A DNA stretch of 64,000 bases from the human T2T-CHM13v2.0 reference genome, Homo sapiens: NCBI RefSeq assembly GCF_009914755.1, contig NC_060926.1. The stretch is one strand, 5' to 3'. Within the stretch, counting starts at the first letter, position 1; each line of letters begins with the position of its first letter. Made by a program: the position numbers and the translations under genes. Under the pieces are notes generated by a model. That model did no database searches, was not told the DNA's origin, and saw only the letters and a list, made by a program, of their open reading frames with translations. Shown here in pieces: positions 1 to 11,709 of this stretch.

Positions 1-599
1 AGGGAGCGCAGAGACCAAAAGCCCGCTCCACAAATGAGGCAACTGAGACCCGAAGAGAGCAAGGGACTAGGTAGGGATCCCACAGAGGCCGCCACTGGTC
101 TCAGAGCTCGCCAAATCCCGCTGGGAAGCCGCGGGCGTCCCAGTTTTGTTCTGCAGCCTGAGTCCCAGATGAGAGCGCGGGGGATGACGGTCTCCTACCC
201 CAGGCTTCCAACTCCACTCCATTCACCCCCAGGAAGGGTTCACCCCCTTCCCGGTGGGTGTCGGAGGTGGGAGGAAGGAGGGAAGGTGATCTCTTGGGGC
301 TGGGAATGTAGTGGGGCTGAGGGCGAGAGGGAAGCACAACCCCTCCCCTTGTCGGATCCCACTTAGGGCTCCTAAGATTCCCACCTCTCCTCCACCCACC
401 AGGGGGTTAGCAGCATCCTCTTCGCCCCCGCTACAACTGTCCAAGCGTGAATGGTAGTTAGGGGTAGGGGGCTCGGTAAAGGGAAGGCTGGGCTCACTTC
501 CTGCGGGGGGACTGGGGGTAGGGATGGGGTAGGGGTGGAATACCGGCCACAAAGCCATTCCAGGCACGTCCCTCCCCTCCCGCGCCGATGACTCCCGCC

Positions 600-790
600 C
601 CAAAATTGTTATGCAAAGGAGTCAAGTATGTGATCTTCTGGCGATCAAAGCGGCAAAGCCAAATATTAGAGGAGCAGTCAATAATGGATGAGCAGATTAA
701 GAAACCCATCTCGCGGACAATTATCGCCGCAATTGAAAAAGCTCACTTTTTCCCTTATTCTCCATCCCACCCCCATTTATAAAAGAAAAA
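600..790. promoter_or_regulatory. Candidate developmental enhancer/promoter module (Sox-Oct, TCF/LEF, homeodomain and TATA-like motifs)
   Basis: AATTGTTATGCAAAG 604-618; GATCAAAGC 643-651; TAATGG, GATTAA and CAATTA; TATAAAAG 778-785; an AT-rich block inside GC-rich DNA. Confidence 0.6.
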
Positions 791-1610
791 AAAAATAGGC
801 GGAAGGATGGGGGCTGGGGCTGGCAGCCGAGGAGGCTGCAGGGACGCGCATGGAAGAGCCGGTGCGTGGGAGGGTTTGCGGGGGGGACATCGCGCCCCCT
901 AGGGGTGACCCCGGTGGGTCCCGTGTGCTCTCCGCGGAGCCGGCGGAGCCTTGTCCTCTGCACCCGGCGCGCAGCGGCCCCTTAAACAGTGGAACCGTGA
1001 GGCCGCTCTAAGCCGAAGGGCTGGAATCTGGGTTTCTCGGGTTTTATTTTAGACCATTCGGCACCAAGCCCGAGCTCCCCCGCCGCACCGCTTCCAGTCC
1101 CCTTTCTTTCCATAGAGCGACCCGAAGCCGGCGGTGGCGCAGGGAGCCGAGTCTGATGAGCTCGCGGGCGGCTGAAGGCCGGCTTCCCTGTGGGGAACGC
1201 GCCACCTGTCGGCGCCAGTGAGAACTGCGTCTGTGTGGCGCCCTCGGGGTATTCGGGGCTGCGGGGAGATGTGTGCCTGAAGCCCTGCGCTTGCGGTGGG
1301 GACGTCCGGCCTCTTTCCTGGCAATTGACCCCTGAGGCGGGAGAGACAACGGAATTCCCACAAAGGGATCCTTCTCGGGATCTCCCCACCTCAAGACAGC
1401 TAAAGCTGGAGGAAAAGCCCCTCCGGGGGGTGGGGGGTGCGGGTTTGCCCTGCGATTCCGAAAGCAGAAAATACCCGAGCCACACAGGGACGGGCGCCGC
1501 GTTGGTAGTCGGGGCTACGTTCCTACTCCCTCTACCTCCCCCGCGCTGTGTGACCCTGGGCGGAACCCCGCTGCTCTCTGGGCCTCAGTGTTCTTATTCG
1601 TAAACTGAGG
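790..1610. promoter_or_regulatory. CpG island segment 1
   Basis: Very GC-rich with many undepleted CpGs (cgcgc, ccgcgg, ggcgcc), unlike the CpG-poor remainder of the window. Confidence 0.85.
1199..1229 (-). promoter_or_regulatory. Candidate CTCF site with upstream-motif-like extension
   Basis: Minus strand reads CGCAG-N12-CCGACAGGTGGCGC versus the core consensus CCASYAGRKGGCRS. Confidence 0.5.
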
Positions 1611-1655
1611 GCGTTGGATGAGATTGGTCCTCTCCCAACTCTGACCTTGAAACTG
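1545..1655 (+). mobile_element. MIR SINE fragment
   Basis: tgtgtgaccctgggc...ctctctgggcctcagtgttcttattcgtaaactgagg resembles the MIR core. Confidence 0.7.
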
Positions 1656-2139
1656 ATACTGAATCTGAGCAGCGTCTGTAGACACCTGTGCCTTGCCTTC
1701 TATTTCTAGCCTTGAATAAATCCTGGACTTTTATGTGCCATTTATATCCTAATCTCATATATATTTAATGTATAACTGCTGCCATTATTGTTTTCTCAAT
1801 TGTCTAGGTTTTCATTTGGATGGGGTTAGGATGGTCCAAATTATCCCGATAAGTGCCCATTAACTTAAACCTTTTTAAAAAATGAAACCAGTAAAACTTC
1901 ATTCACTTTGCAGTGTGGACACTGCTGGAGAGCACCCATGTCGTGGGTCCAGCGAGGACACAAGGAGGGGCTTAGAGACATGCGGGAGGCTTAGATGAGA
2001 AGACAGCACCCGGGCAGCGGTCAGTGTTAGAGAGAGGACCCGTAAGAAGGGCCGAGGCTAGAGGGAGAGCGAAGACTGAGCCAACGACGCACCTGAGCCC
2101 TGGGGTGGGGGTGGAGACGTGGCTCCTAACCCAAATCTC

Positions 2140-3420
2140 CCTGCCAGGCAGTGTCCGACGAGCATCGACGGCAGGCGTCGAGACCAGTGCAGGGTAGCTC
2201 AGACCTCAAGCCACGCTTGACCTTTCCATGAAATGAATAAAACTCGAAAGCCAGGGAAAGGGGACAGTACTTTGATCCGGAGATCGCTTATAACCTCTGC
2301 TTGGAGTTCCGAGTTCGTGCGGCTCAAGGGAGGCTACAGTCCAGCAAGCTCTGGGCTCCAAGCGTGGGGACGGCAGCCCCCAAGCTTGGCGCACCCCTCG
2401 GGAAGCCCCGGAACGGTCCTCGCCAGACATAGCCGGCTGTCCTGGTCCTTAGCTTCAGGCTGGCGGCGCAAGGCCAGAGCGGCTGCCTTCTAGGCACCTG
2501 GGTGGAGGTCTCGCATAGCATTCCCTGAGAAGCGAAACTGCCCTTGGGGCCGCAGCGAGCCTGCCACATCGAACTGGAGACCCTCTGCTTTCGGGATAGA
2601 TGGGACGTTTCTGCTCTGTCCTTCTTGGAGTCCCGGAATCGTTCTGGGGCCGCGTGCTGCCTGGAGGCGGTGAATTTCAGGGTCTTGAGAAGCCGCGCAC
2701 ACACGGGATTCTGGGCGAGCGTCCCGTCTCTTAATTCCTATTAAGAGACGGGAAAATCGAGGGACTGGAGGTCCCATCATTGTCGCGTGAGCAGCCTCCT
2801 GAACACCAAGCGAGACCTGAGGGTTCCGCTGGGGCCTCGCCCTGACACCCGGGCCCTCCGTGTGGTCGAGAGTTTGCGCCCGCTCCCGCTAGGGCAGCGA
2901 GGTCCCACTTGCGGCCGGCTGGGGCATGGTGGCACCGGTTGTCTACTCCCCACTTGTGACACCGACAGCTTCCAACTCCTCAGACCCACCCCGTGGAATT
3001 CTGGACTTTGTGAGGGCCGCCGGGGTCCTGGCCCTGGGGTCAGCTGCCATCTGACTAAGCCAGGACGGCGGAGCTCCAGGCCTTGCTCCAGCACTGCCGG
3101 TGCGTCGGGGCCCGCGGAGAGCCCAGGGCGGGAGCTGTGGGCTGAGCCGGGTGGCCGCGTGGACACAGATGCCCGGCCGGACTGAGCGGCAGCCAAGACT
3201 CTCCGTCCATCCCGCCGCTGGACTCGACTCTCCCAGACCCGCCACGGAACCCAGATTTGAGCACGCAAGATAAAGACGCCAGAGGCGAGTGCGCGGCGGA
3301 GAACTGGCCGCGACACGGGAAGCTTCTGGGGCGCAGAACGCTGGCTCCGACTCGCGCGGCGCAGACCAGCTTCTGTGGTTGCACTCAATTGAACAACAGG
3401 CGGATTTACGTTAAACTTTG
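2140..3420. promoter_or_regulatory. CpG island segment 2
   Basis: Dense CpG and high GC; overlapping stop-poor ORFs in all frames, as expected in CpG islands. Confidence 0.85.
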
Positions 3421-3467
3421 TTTTCACCTTTCACTAAGATGTTTCCAATTTACCAAGGGGATAGAAT

Positions 3468-3510
3468 GAGAGACAGAGATGTGAGAGATACAGAGAGAGA
3501 GATAGAGAGT
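3468..3510 (+). repeat. (GA)n-rich simple repeat
   Basis: gagagacagagatgtgagagatacagagagagagatagagag. Confidence 0.7.
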
Positions 3511-3704
3511 GCAGGGTCGGGGGAGGAGGCAGAGAGCGGAAGCGGTTCTCTTTAGGGGTCTCCACCTTCAAAAGACGACGGAACGATGGTAGCCAGCTCA
3601 GGATCTATCAGGTGCTAGCCCTGGGCTGCCTGGCTCTGAAGGCTTCACCTGGTGGGCTGGCTTGGGCATTCCTAATGGGCATGCCGGGAGCCTATCAAGG
3701 TATG

Positions 3705-3820
3705 AACCAGCATACTCTCCCTTTTACAAAGGAGGAAACTGAGGTCGGAGAGGCTAAACCCGCCCCAAGCGCATGCCCATACCAAGCGGGAAACGAAGCA
3801 CCGAATATTTCCCCAGCTCG
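3705..3820 (-). mobile_element. MIR SINE fragment
   Basis: cccttttacaaaggaggaaactgaggtcggagagg is the antisense MIR core. Confidence 0.65.
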
Positions 3821-4760
3821 TAGGAAGCCAGATGGGGGCCAGTTCCCTCAGGAGACGCTCCAAGTCGCCCTGCGGGCTCCAGGTGGGGACAGGAGTTATA
3901 ACCTTCCCTGCCCTTCCCCCTGCAACACACGCGAGGTCTCAGCGCTCCCAGGCGCTCCAGTGGGGCCGCGTTCCCCGCCAGGGTGGGTCAGGGGAATACT
4001 CTGCCTGCGCCCTCTCCGAGGGTCCGCGCAGAGCGAGCGCCTCTTTAGGTGGGGCCTCTGGCTCCGACCCCTGCTCCCAACAGGGATCTTCGTTTGCATC
4101 ACCCAGAGGAGCTGGCCAGAGAGCCGCGCCGGAGGCCGCATCTCCCCTTGTTGGTATTGTTGTCGGCTTGCTTTCTTCTGGCTTCCCAGCTCAGTGACCC
4201 CGGAAAGGGTCGAGCATCCGACTCCGGCATGCTGGTTGGCTGCCCCCGGAGGCGGAGGTAGGGGGCCAGAAATGCTGACCTGGGCAGGCCCCCAGCCCTG
4301 AGCTCCTGGGGTGGACATCTCAGGGTCCCGGGCCTCCAAGCTCATGGCCGGTCTCCGCGGCGGCGGGGTGACCCACCAAGGGCAAGACTTTTTCAGACTT
4401 GCCTATGGTCACCAGGCAATGACTCCGACTGGTACGTGAGGGAGCTCGGGTCCCACCTTGAGGACAAGGCCCAGCCTTCCCCGGAGCCGCACCTCAACTG
4501 TCAGGGTGCAAGTGGTGGTGATCCGGGAGCAGTCGAGGCCCGTGACAAAACCAGGATGACCCAGCGTTTTCTAACCGCGCTGAGGCAGTCGCCTCTCCGG
4601 GTCGCTCCACTCCCGGACTCCGGCAGCCTGTTGGCCTTCCTGTCACCACCTCGCATGGAGCACCCTGCCCTAAGCCCTGGAATTGGGCCCCTGGCTCGCA
4701 AGGAAGAGGGTGGGGGTGGGGTAGGGAGGAAAGGCCGGGTAGCCTGCTAGAGAGAAGGAG
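3760..4760. promoter_or_regulatory. CpG island segment 3
   Basis: Dense CpG and high GC content. Confidence 0.75.
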
Positions 4761-6124
4761 GTGACTGAGGGCCAGCATCGCCAGGAGGCATAGTTCCACT
4801 AGTCCCCAGTCCCATGGTTCCACCTTGACCCCAGTTCACCTGCAGGGCGGCAGGGAACTCCTCTGATTCCCGAACCTGCAGCTGGTGCTGCACTGGAGGG
4901 GTTTCCGTTGGTCCAACGCACCCCGGTGAAGGGAATTCCCTGGAGAAGAGAGAGGAGGTGCCAGAACCTGGCTGTAAGGGGGGTGCAGGTGTGCAGAGAG
5001 AAGCGGGTTGTCCCGGGCTGTGGGTCCTGCAGCGCAGCACCTGAGACTTCAGTTTCCTTCCTTTTCCTTACTCCCGTAGTCTTCCGGGACCCTAGCTGCC
5101 TCGCGACCCCTCCCCTTCTTCTTCCCTGGGGTTTCTTCTTTAACCTAAAGAGCAGAATAAGTAGGCCTTGCAGCGAGAACATCTTAGGTAGGACTGGCAG
5201 CTTCTCATGCTCTGCCAGGGCTCTCAGGATAGGGGATAAGCCACCTCTTCACAGCCCAGCTCTCAAGCCCCTGTTGCCAGCAAGGAGCAGAGTCTGCTGA
5301 CCTGCCCCTCTCCTCTATTTTACTGTAGTTTGTTTCCCTTCTCTGCTCTGAAGGGATACTCCTTTATTTTAACAGACCCAATTAGGATTTGCCAAATGCT
5401 AGATAAAACCTTCCTATCAGAAAATGCCTTAGGTTTCGGAATTACAACCCTGAGATTTTATAGGTAGCTTTAATGGAAAGGTTTGGAAAGAGACTGAGGG
5501 TGCCCTTAGTTCTGAATAAATGTGAACTGGAACTTGATATTTTTTTTGTCTTGTTTTTTTTTTTTTTTTTTTTGGAGGGGGGAAGGTGTTTGGACCTTGA
5601 GCCAAAATACATCAAAGAAGAGATCCCTGCACCTCAACTCCTAGAAGTCATAGTCACCTTGATAGTGGAGAACTGGGGATTGAAGGTGCAGGATTTGCAG
5701 GAGTAGGGGAGATAATTAATATTAGCTGGGTCACCAGAAAGAATGGAAGCTAAGAGATTGTGCTGCCATGCCCTCTTCGACAGCAACCTTTAGCATTTAT
5801 CTCTTCCCCGTCAGTCTCCCCAGCTATCAAGTGTGGACTCGACAGGAATGTTGCAAGGAAAAACTAATTAAATGGTAGTACAATGCTTTGAAAATATTAA
5901 GTGTCATGTAAATGCCTAATGCTAATAATAATCCTGATGTTGGTAATTATGTCCCAGGAAGCACATTCCAAGACAGCCCAGCACTGAGTCCATATGCACT
6001 GCCTGTCTAGGAGGAGCCTGGAAACACCCACCCATTCTGCCGTTCTGCCGCTGAGCCCCGTCTCTGCCTGGCCATGTGGAAGGTAGGAGCTGGGTCGTGT
6101 CCCCATCACCCGGCAGGCAGAGCA

Positions 6125-6260
6125 GGTTTAATCCTGGCTGGAAGTCCTTAAGCAAGTTACTGCAGCCCTTCACCTATAAAGTGGGAGTCATAATACCTGC
6201 AGCACAGGATGGTGGTGAGAATTAAATGACATCATGTGTGTAAAGCACTTAGGGAAAGTG
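6125..6260 (+). mobile_element. MIR SINE
   Basis: cctataaagtgggagtcataatacc...gtgagaattaaatgacatcatgtgtgtaaagcacttag. Confidence 0.7.
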
Positions 6261-7855
6261 GCAAATAGCTAAGTAGAAAGATCTGGTTAGGTGGTAGCAG
6301 CTCTTCCAGTTCAGTTTACCTAGCCCTAGCTGCATGACCAAGACAGGGGTTTCAAAGCCCATCCCGCTCTCATGTTGTTCAGCTCTGATCTGTATGTGGA
6401 ATCCCAGACCCCTTTCTTATGCACACTTGGCTGGGGGCAGGGTGAAGATACTTCCAGCCCATTATTATCTGCACTCTCAGAAGGTCACTGTCACATTGCT
6501 GGTCTGCCAAAGGGCTGAAGAACCAGTACCACCGACTTCAGGATTTGTTTAGGCCCTGAGCCTGTGACCCACCCAGGGTTTCTGCCCCTTCTCCCCGACT
6601 GCTTGCCCACTCCATTGAGAGGCAGTGTTCGACTGGGGGACCCAAAGGAGTCTTGGGGACTCCTTTGCCACCCTGACTGTGAACTATCTGGAGCATCCGT
6701 CCTGAGTGCAGTGAAGAAAGACTATAAAGAGTAAGCTCCCTGTCATCAGAGGCTGGAGGGGAAGCAGAGAGGATTGATGGCAGAGCAGGCAATCAAGCTC
6801 GGAAGAGGGCTTGGACAGGTTCGTCTGTGCCTCCCTGCCCCCAGGGCTTCCAGGGTGTGGTTGCTCCTCACATTGGGTCTGGCTGCCTCAGAGGCTCTGG
6901 CTGGCTCTGTGGTGTGTCCAGTGGCTTCAGCCATGTTCCCTCATTGTCTGACCTCTGTGAGTTCCGTGTCTTCTATGCTCCGTAGCTTGGCTAGGAAATC
7001 GCTATGTTTCCCTTAAGTGGGTTACCCCTTCACATTTAAAGAGAGGGATATAGTACAAGTCTGTGTTGAGGAATAACATATCCCTCACTCTCTTCTTTCT
7101 CTGAATTCCTGATGGGAGGAGTAAGGGGTTCAAGGATCTTCCCTTAACAATTTTTTAGTTTGGTGAAATACCAGGCCTTCCCCAGGACTTAAGAGTTTCC
7201 TTATAAGGCAATTTCTCCCCACCACCCATCCCTTCCCACCATCCTCTCCCCATAAAAAGTTTCCCTACTGTTGCTGGACTCCAGATTTGGGGCCCTGAGT
7301 TCTGCCAAAACTAGTGGAGGCTTTGAGGGCAACAAATTACAGTGACTCATGATTGAGGCTTTTGGGAATTTCCACCCCAGAAACCTCTGGGCCTTTTAGG
7401 GGTTTTAAAGAATCACCTAGATATTTTAATGACACTCCTCATCCTTGAACTTGTCCTAATTTTGTGTTTTAATGACTTAGAGAATAATAACAAACTCGAA
7501 CTCCTTCAGCTACCTTTTGTTGTCTTTCCCAATTCGGTTCAAAGTTCAGCTTTTCCTTCTACGTGATGACACAGCCCTCCCCATTTGAGAAGAGCATAGC
7601 TTTAAAAAAAAAAGTTAGAAACGAAATGCTTTGTTTTGTTTGTCTTAGGCAACAATAACTCAAATACACCTTAATTTTGGAAGTAAAATATTTTTAATAT
7701 TGTACAGAAACAGGTGGTTTCCCAGGTAATTATTTTTTAAAAAGGCACTCAAATAAGAATGCTATCAACAGTGGCAGTGTTGGGTTTTTGGGGTTTAGGC
7801 CAAGTGAGACTTCATGGTTGCACTCTGATCAGAGGTTTGTAGGGTCAGACACTGA

Positions 7856-7888
7856 CAACACACACACAGACACACACACACACATACA
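7856..7888 (+). repeat. (CA)n microsatellite, interrupted
   Basis: caacacacacacagacacacacacacacataca. Confidence 0.85.
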
Positions 7889-8750
7889 AAATAGGCATGC
7901 ACAGTTGAAAGGAATTTTGGAGTTTGCCATTTCACTCTCTCCTGTCCAAATACAGGCTTTGCTTTTCCTTTCTTCTTTACAGTGAGATGCCTGATTGTCA
8001 CCGTGTCCAGCCTCTCATCTGCTTTCTGGTTGGGAAAGTCCTAGCACAGGGAGATAGGTGGCATATGCAAGCTCACACTGTCAGTCAGTGGCAGGCAGGG
8101 ACTGACTTCTGGGCCAGTGGCCTTTCTGCCTGGTCATCTGCCTGCTGCTTCTTTGGATAAAAAGAAAAATCTACATGTAAATCCTGCAATTCAAAAATAT
8201 GATTCTTCTCCCTCTGAAACCTTCTCAACTTCACAGGCGACCTTGCAGGTGTGTGGTTTCCATGCCACATTATACAGTTATAAACCCAGGACAATGGGCC
8301 AGTCAACAACCATGTCCCCTCCACACACATGAATGGGAGCTGATGTCTGAGAACTTTTAGGAAAAAGTGGGGAATTCATATGCACACATCACTTTGGTAA
8401 CTTTCTAACAAGTTGGTTCTGCTGTTATTGTTGTTTTAGTCAGCTCCAGCCAAGATTCTTGCTGCATCATGAAACATTTGCTTCCAAATTGGGTAAGTCA
8501 CCCAGTGAGACACACCTGATAGTGAAGATAAGATTTTAGCAACAACTCCTGCCTTTTTGCTTTCATGAAGTTGTGTTTCACTAGAAAGCATTGCCTTTCC
8601 TAGGAATTTCATAAATAATTGACATTTTTTAAAAAACATTTTGGTCCCTTTGGTTGGTGGGAAGGGAGTAAGGAGAGTGGGGCTGGGGAGATGGAGAGGG
8701 ACCAGGGAGAGAAGCAAGGAGAGGCTGGAGCAGGAGGAGAGGAGCCTTCT

Positions 8751-9064
8751 TCTTCTTCTTTTTTTTTTTTTTCTTTTTGAGATGGAGTCTCTCTCTGTCA
8801 CCCAGGCTGGAGTGCAGTGGCGCAATCCCAGCTCACTGCAACTTGCCTCTGCCTTCCGGGTTCAAGTGATTCTCCTGCCTCAGCCTCCAGAGTAGCTGGG
8901 ATTGCAGGCGCACACCAACACGCTCGGCTAATTTTTGTATTTTTAGTAGTGACAGGGTTTCACCAAGTTGGCCAGGCTGGTCTTGAACTCCTGACCTCAG
9001 GTGATCCGCCCACCTCGGCCTCCCAAAGTGTTGGGATTACAGGTGTGAGCCACTGTGCTCACCC
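8751..9064 (-). mobile_element. AluS (Sx-like) with 14-bp TSD
   Basis: Full dimer; TSD gagaggagccttct at 8737-8750 and 9065-9078. Confidence 0.95.
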
Positions 9065-10239
9065 GAGAGGAGCCTTCTAACGGGGAGAACGGGCAGGCTT
9101 AAGCTGTCCTGTGCAGCCCTGAGCTGCATCAAATAAATCAGCTTTATTTGATGATTTTCAACATCAGGGGGCTCAGATGACTCCCAATCCTTATTAGGTA
9201 TCTGTAGTTCCACGCTGGCTGCTGTTTTTTCCATGGACTGTGGGAACCCAAGAATTTGTGTAATAATTTTGGTTAATTCTCTTAAGAACACACTCTTACT
9301 TCGACAGGATGTTTAGGAAGTGAGGCTTCTATTCTGATGTAGAGAGCCTTTCTCTCCCTCCAAGGGCTGCCAAAATTACCCCTCCATGGGCTGCCAATCT
9401 CTCTCCCCCTACATTCAGCCTCTTCCACACTGCAGGCTCTTTGGCACTGGTGTGGGGTCTGGGAGCTGAAATGTTCATCATTTCTCCCAGATATTAGCAT
9501 GTCATCAGGTCCCACAATAGCACAAGGGGCCGAGTTTATATCAGAAGTCCATAGAGTAAAATGGGTCCAAGGCCTGTAGAAACCACCAAACTGAAATCCT
9601 TCCTAAGCCTGCAGGGGCAAAGTGGAGACAATCCCAATTTCTGCCCAGCAGAAACCGCTCAAGCTTGTGTAGATGAGAGGCCCCCTCCCAGTGTGAGCAG
9701 GCTAACTCGGGTCCAGAGCGGCGGAAGGAATCAGCGCTCCAGGGCTCCGAGAGTCGGACGATTGGCCCCGGGGAAGCCAGTTTGCTGGGAGGCCTGGTGA
9801 CCTTGGCTGCTGAGTACCCCTCCAAGCACAGTCAGGGAGGCTATCAGGCAAGTCTACAATGGGTCAAAGAAGCGGATCCTCTGTCCTCTTGGTCTGCGAC
9901 TTTTCCCATGAAGGACAGACCTTGTAGCCTACATCCCTCCATAAATTCAGATCTACCCCGTGAGTAAAAAAGAGAGAGAAGGGTAAGTCCCATTTAGGGT
10001 TTAAAGGATATGAGACCTAAAAGGAGCAGATGGTAGAATTTCAGGCATTATCTAGCAGGTGGCAGAGAATCTGGGGGAGTCCAGGCTGTGTCAGCGCTGC
10101 CTGACAAATCATCCTTCCACTCAGAACAGATGCTCCTGGACGCTCATATCCTTGTACTGTATGGAGACTGCTTCTCAGAGCTGACTCCATGTGATGTGGC
10201 TTTGTGTCTGCTCCCCTGAGGATGGTGGCTCCTCACTAT

Positions 10240-10360
10240 CTGGGGCTGTTGAGCACTTGAGATGTGGCTGGTCTGCATTGAGGTGTGTTGTCAGTGTAAA
10301 ATGCACACCAGATTTCAAAGGCTTAGCAAGAAGAAAAAAAGATTACAAAGTATCTCATTC
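10240..10360 (+). mobile_element. MER33/MER3-like hAT DNA transposon fragment
   Basis: gctgttgagcacttgagatgtggctgg...gtgtaaaatgcacaccagatttcaaaggcttag. Confidence 0.65.
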
Positions 10361-10568
10361 CCATTTGGAAAGGAGCTCTTTGCTCTAGAGAGGTCCTGCA
10401 GCCTTTCTTTTTTGCTGAGAAGAAAATTTTGCAGTGAGTGTCCTCTGAGCAGGTAGGCCTACCTGTCTCTTCTGAAACTATTTTGAGAACTTGCTCATTA
10501 CTTTCCTTCTCTTGTTAGTCACATGCTCAGAAGCACCTCAGAATTTCAGTAAAATTTCATTTCCACTG

Positions 10569-10655
10569 GACAGGAACCAAAAGGCCGAGAGTAGGCTGGG
10601 AGCCCCTGCTGACAGGAACCAAAAGGCCCAGAGTAGGCTGGGAGCCCCTGCTGAC
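10569..10655 (+). repeat. 42-bp tandem duplication
   Basis: gacaggaaccaaaaggcc[g/c]agagtaggctgggagcccctgct twice, plus gac; one mismatch. Confidence 0.95.
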
Positions 10656-11563
10656 TAATTTCTAAATACTGGTTTCTGGTGACATCGTATGGCCACTTCT
10701 TGATACTACACCGGTCACAGGCTGTGTGCAGGTCCTGAGTTCTGCAGTCCTGATGTCACCCACCTCTTGCTGAGTGGGCCAGTGCATCAGAAATCCTAAA
10801 CTTGTAGAAGGCTGTCTTTCCAACCTCCATTTCTCCTCTCACTTCTCTCCATCTCATTTCAGTTCTTCCACATCTATAATATTGGGCCTGTCACCCTAAA
10901 CCACTGGGGAAATGGCTGTGGACTGAGGGTTAGAAGAACCTTGAGTAGAACTGAGTAGTTTTAGGAAAACCATTCAACATCTCTGGGCTTCTCCTCCTCA
11001 AGGTTATAGCGGATGACCTCTAAAGTCACTTCTGGCTTCCCAAGTTCATAAATCTAATGGTGGAATTTGAGACACTGATGAAGAAGACTCAAATACTGCC
11101 TCATTGGTGGTGACCTACAAGAAAGGCCCAGTCTCGAGTCTAACTCGCAGTTCAGGAGGTGACCCAAACATGGAGCTGAAGTGGCCAAATGTGATTTCTT
11201 TCCTTTTTTTTAAATATTGGATCTGTGTCTCTGGAGACCAACCATGATTTCTTAGGAGATGATAATACTCATAAATGCAATTGTTGTCAATTGTTGCATA
11301 TATTATCTCATTTAATTCTCACAACAATCCCATACATTAGGCATTATCACAATTAAAAATACCTAATATATTTAACACATACAAGAGATATCTATGTATG
11401 TGGATATATATGTATACCTACCAATGAATGTGTTTAAAATCAAACCATAAATACTTAGGAACTACTTTCAAGAACTAAAACAACAGTGATTCTATGTTTA
11501 TGAAACTCCAATACAAGTAAAAGTAAACAATATGTAATAAAGGCTGTTTTTAAAGGCAATGAA

Positions 11564-11625
11564 GGCCAGGCATGGTGATTCACACCGGTAATCAAAGCAC
11601 TTTGGGAGGCCAAGGTGGGTGGATC
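11564..11625 (+). mobile_element. Alu 5' fragment (inverted copy of the neighbouring AluJ start)
   Basis: ggccaggcatggtgattcacaccggtaatcaaagcactttgggaggccaaggtgggtggatc. Confidence 0.85.
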
Positions 11626-11709
11626 TTCTGTATATACGTGTCTTCCCTGTCCCATTCCCTTGCCTCTGCCCAAACTAATCACTATCCTAAATTTTATATC
11701 TTTGCCTTT

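Noticed and set aside
1700-1760. AATAAA with a T/GT-rich downstream tract as a transcript 3' end
   Set aside because: Plausible, but the hexamer is common and no transcript or exon structure is evident
34-5300. Many 100-229 aa ORFs in the CpG islands (e.g. 3612-4301, 2777-3427)
   Set aside because: They overlap in all frames, are Pro/Arg/Gly-rich and show no recognisable domain; expected from stop-codon scarcity in GC-rich DNA
8436-9080. Alu-derived ORFs here and at other Alus
   Set aside because: Standard Alu translation artefacts
10569-10655. Direct repeats as a possible CRISPR array
   Set aside because: Two abutting copies, no spacers, no cas genes, eukaryotic DNA
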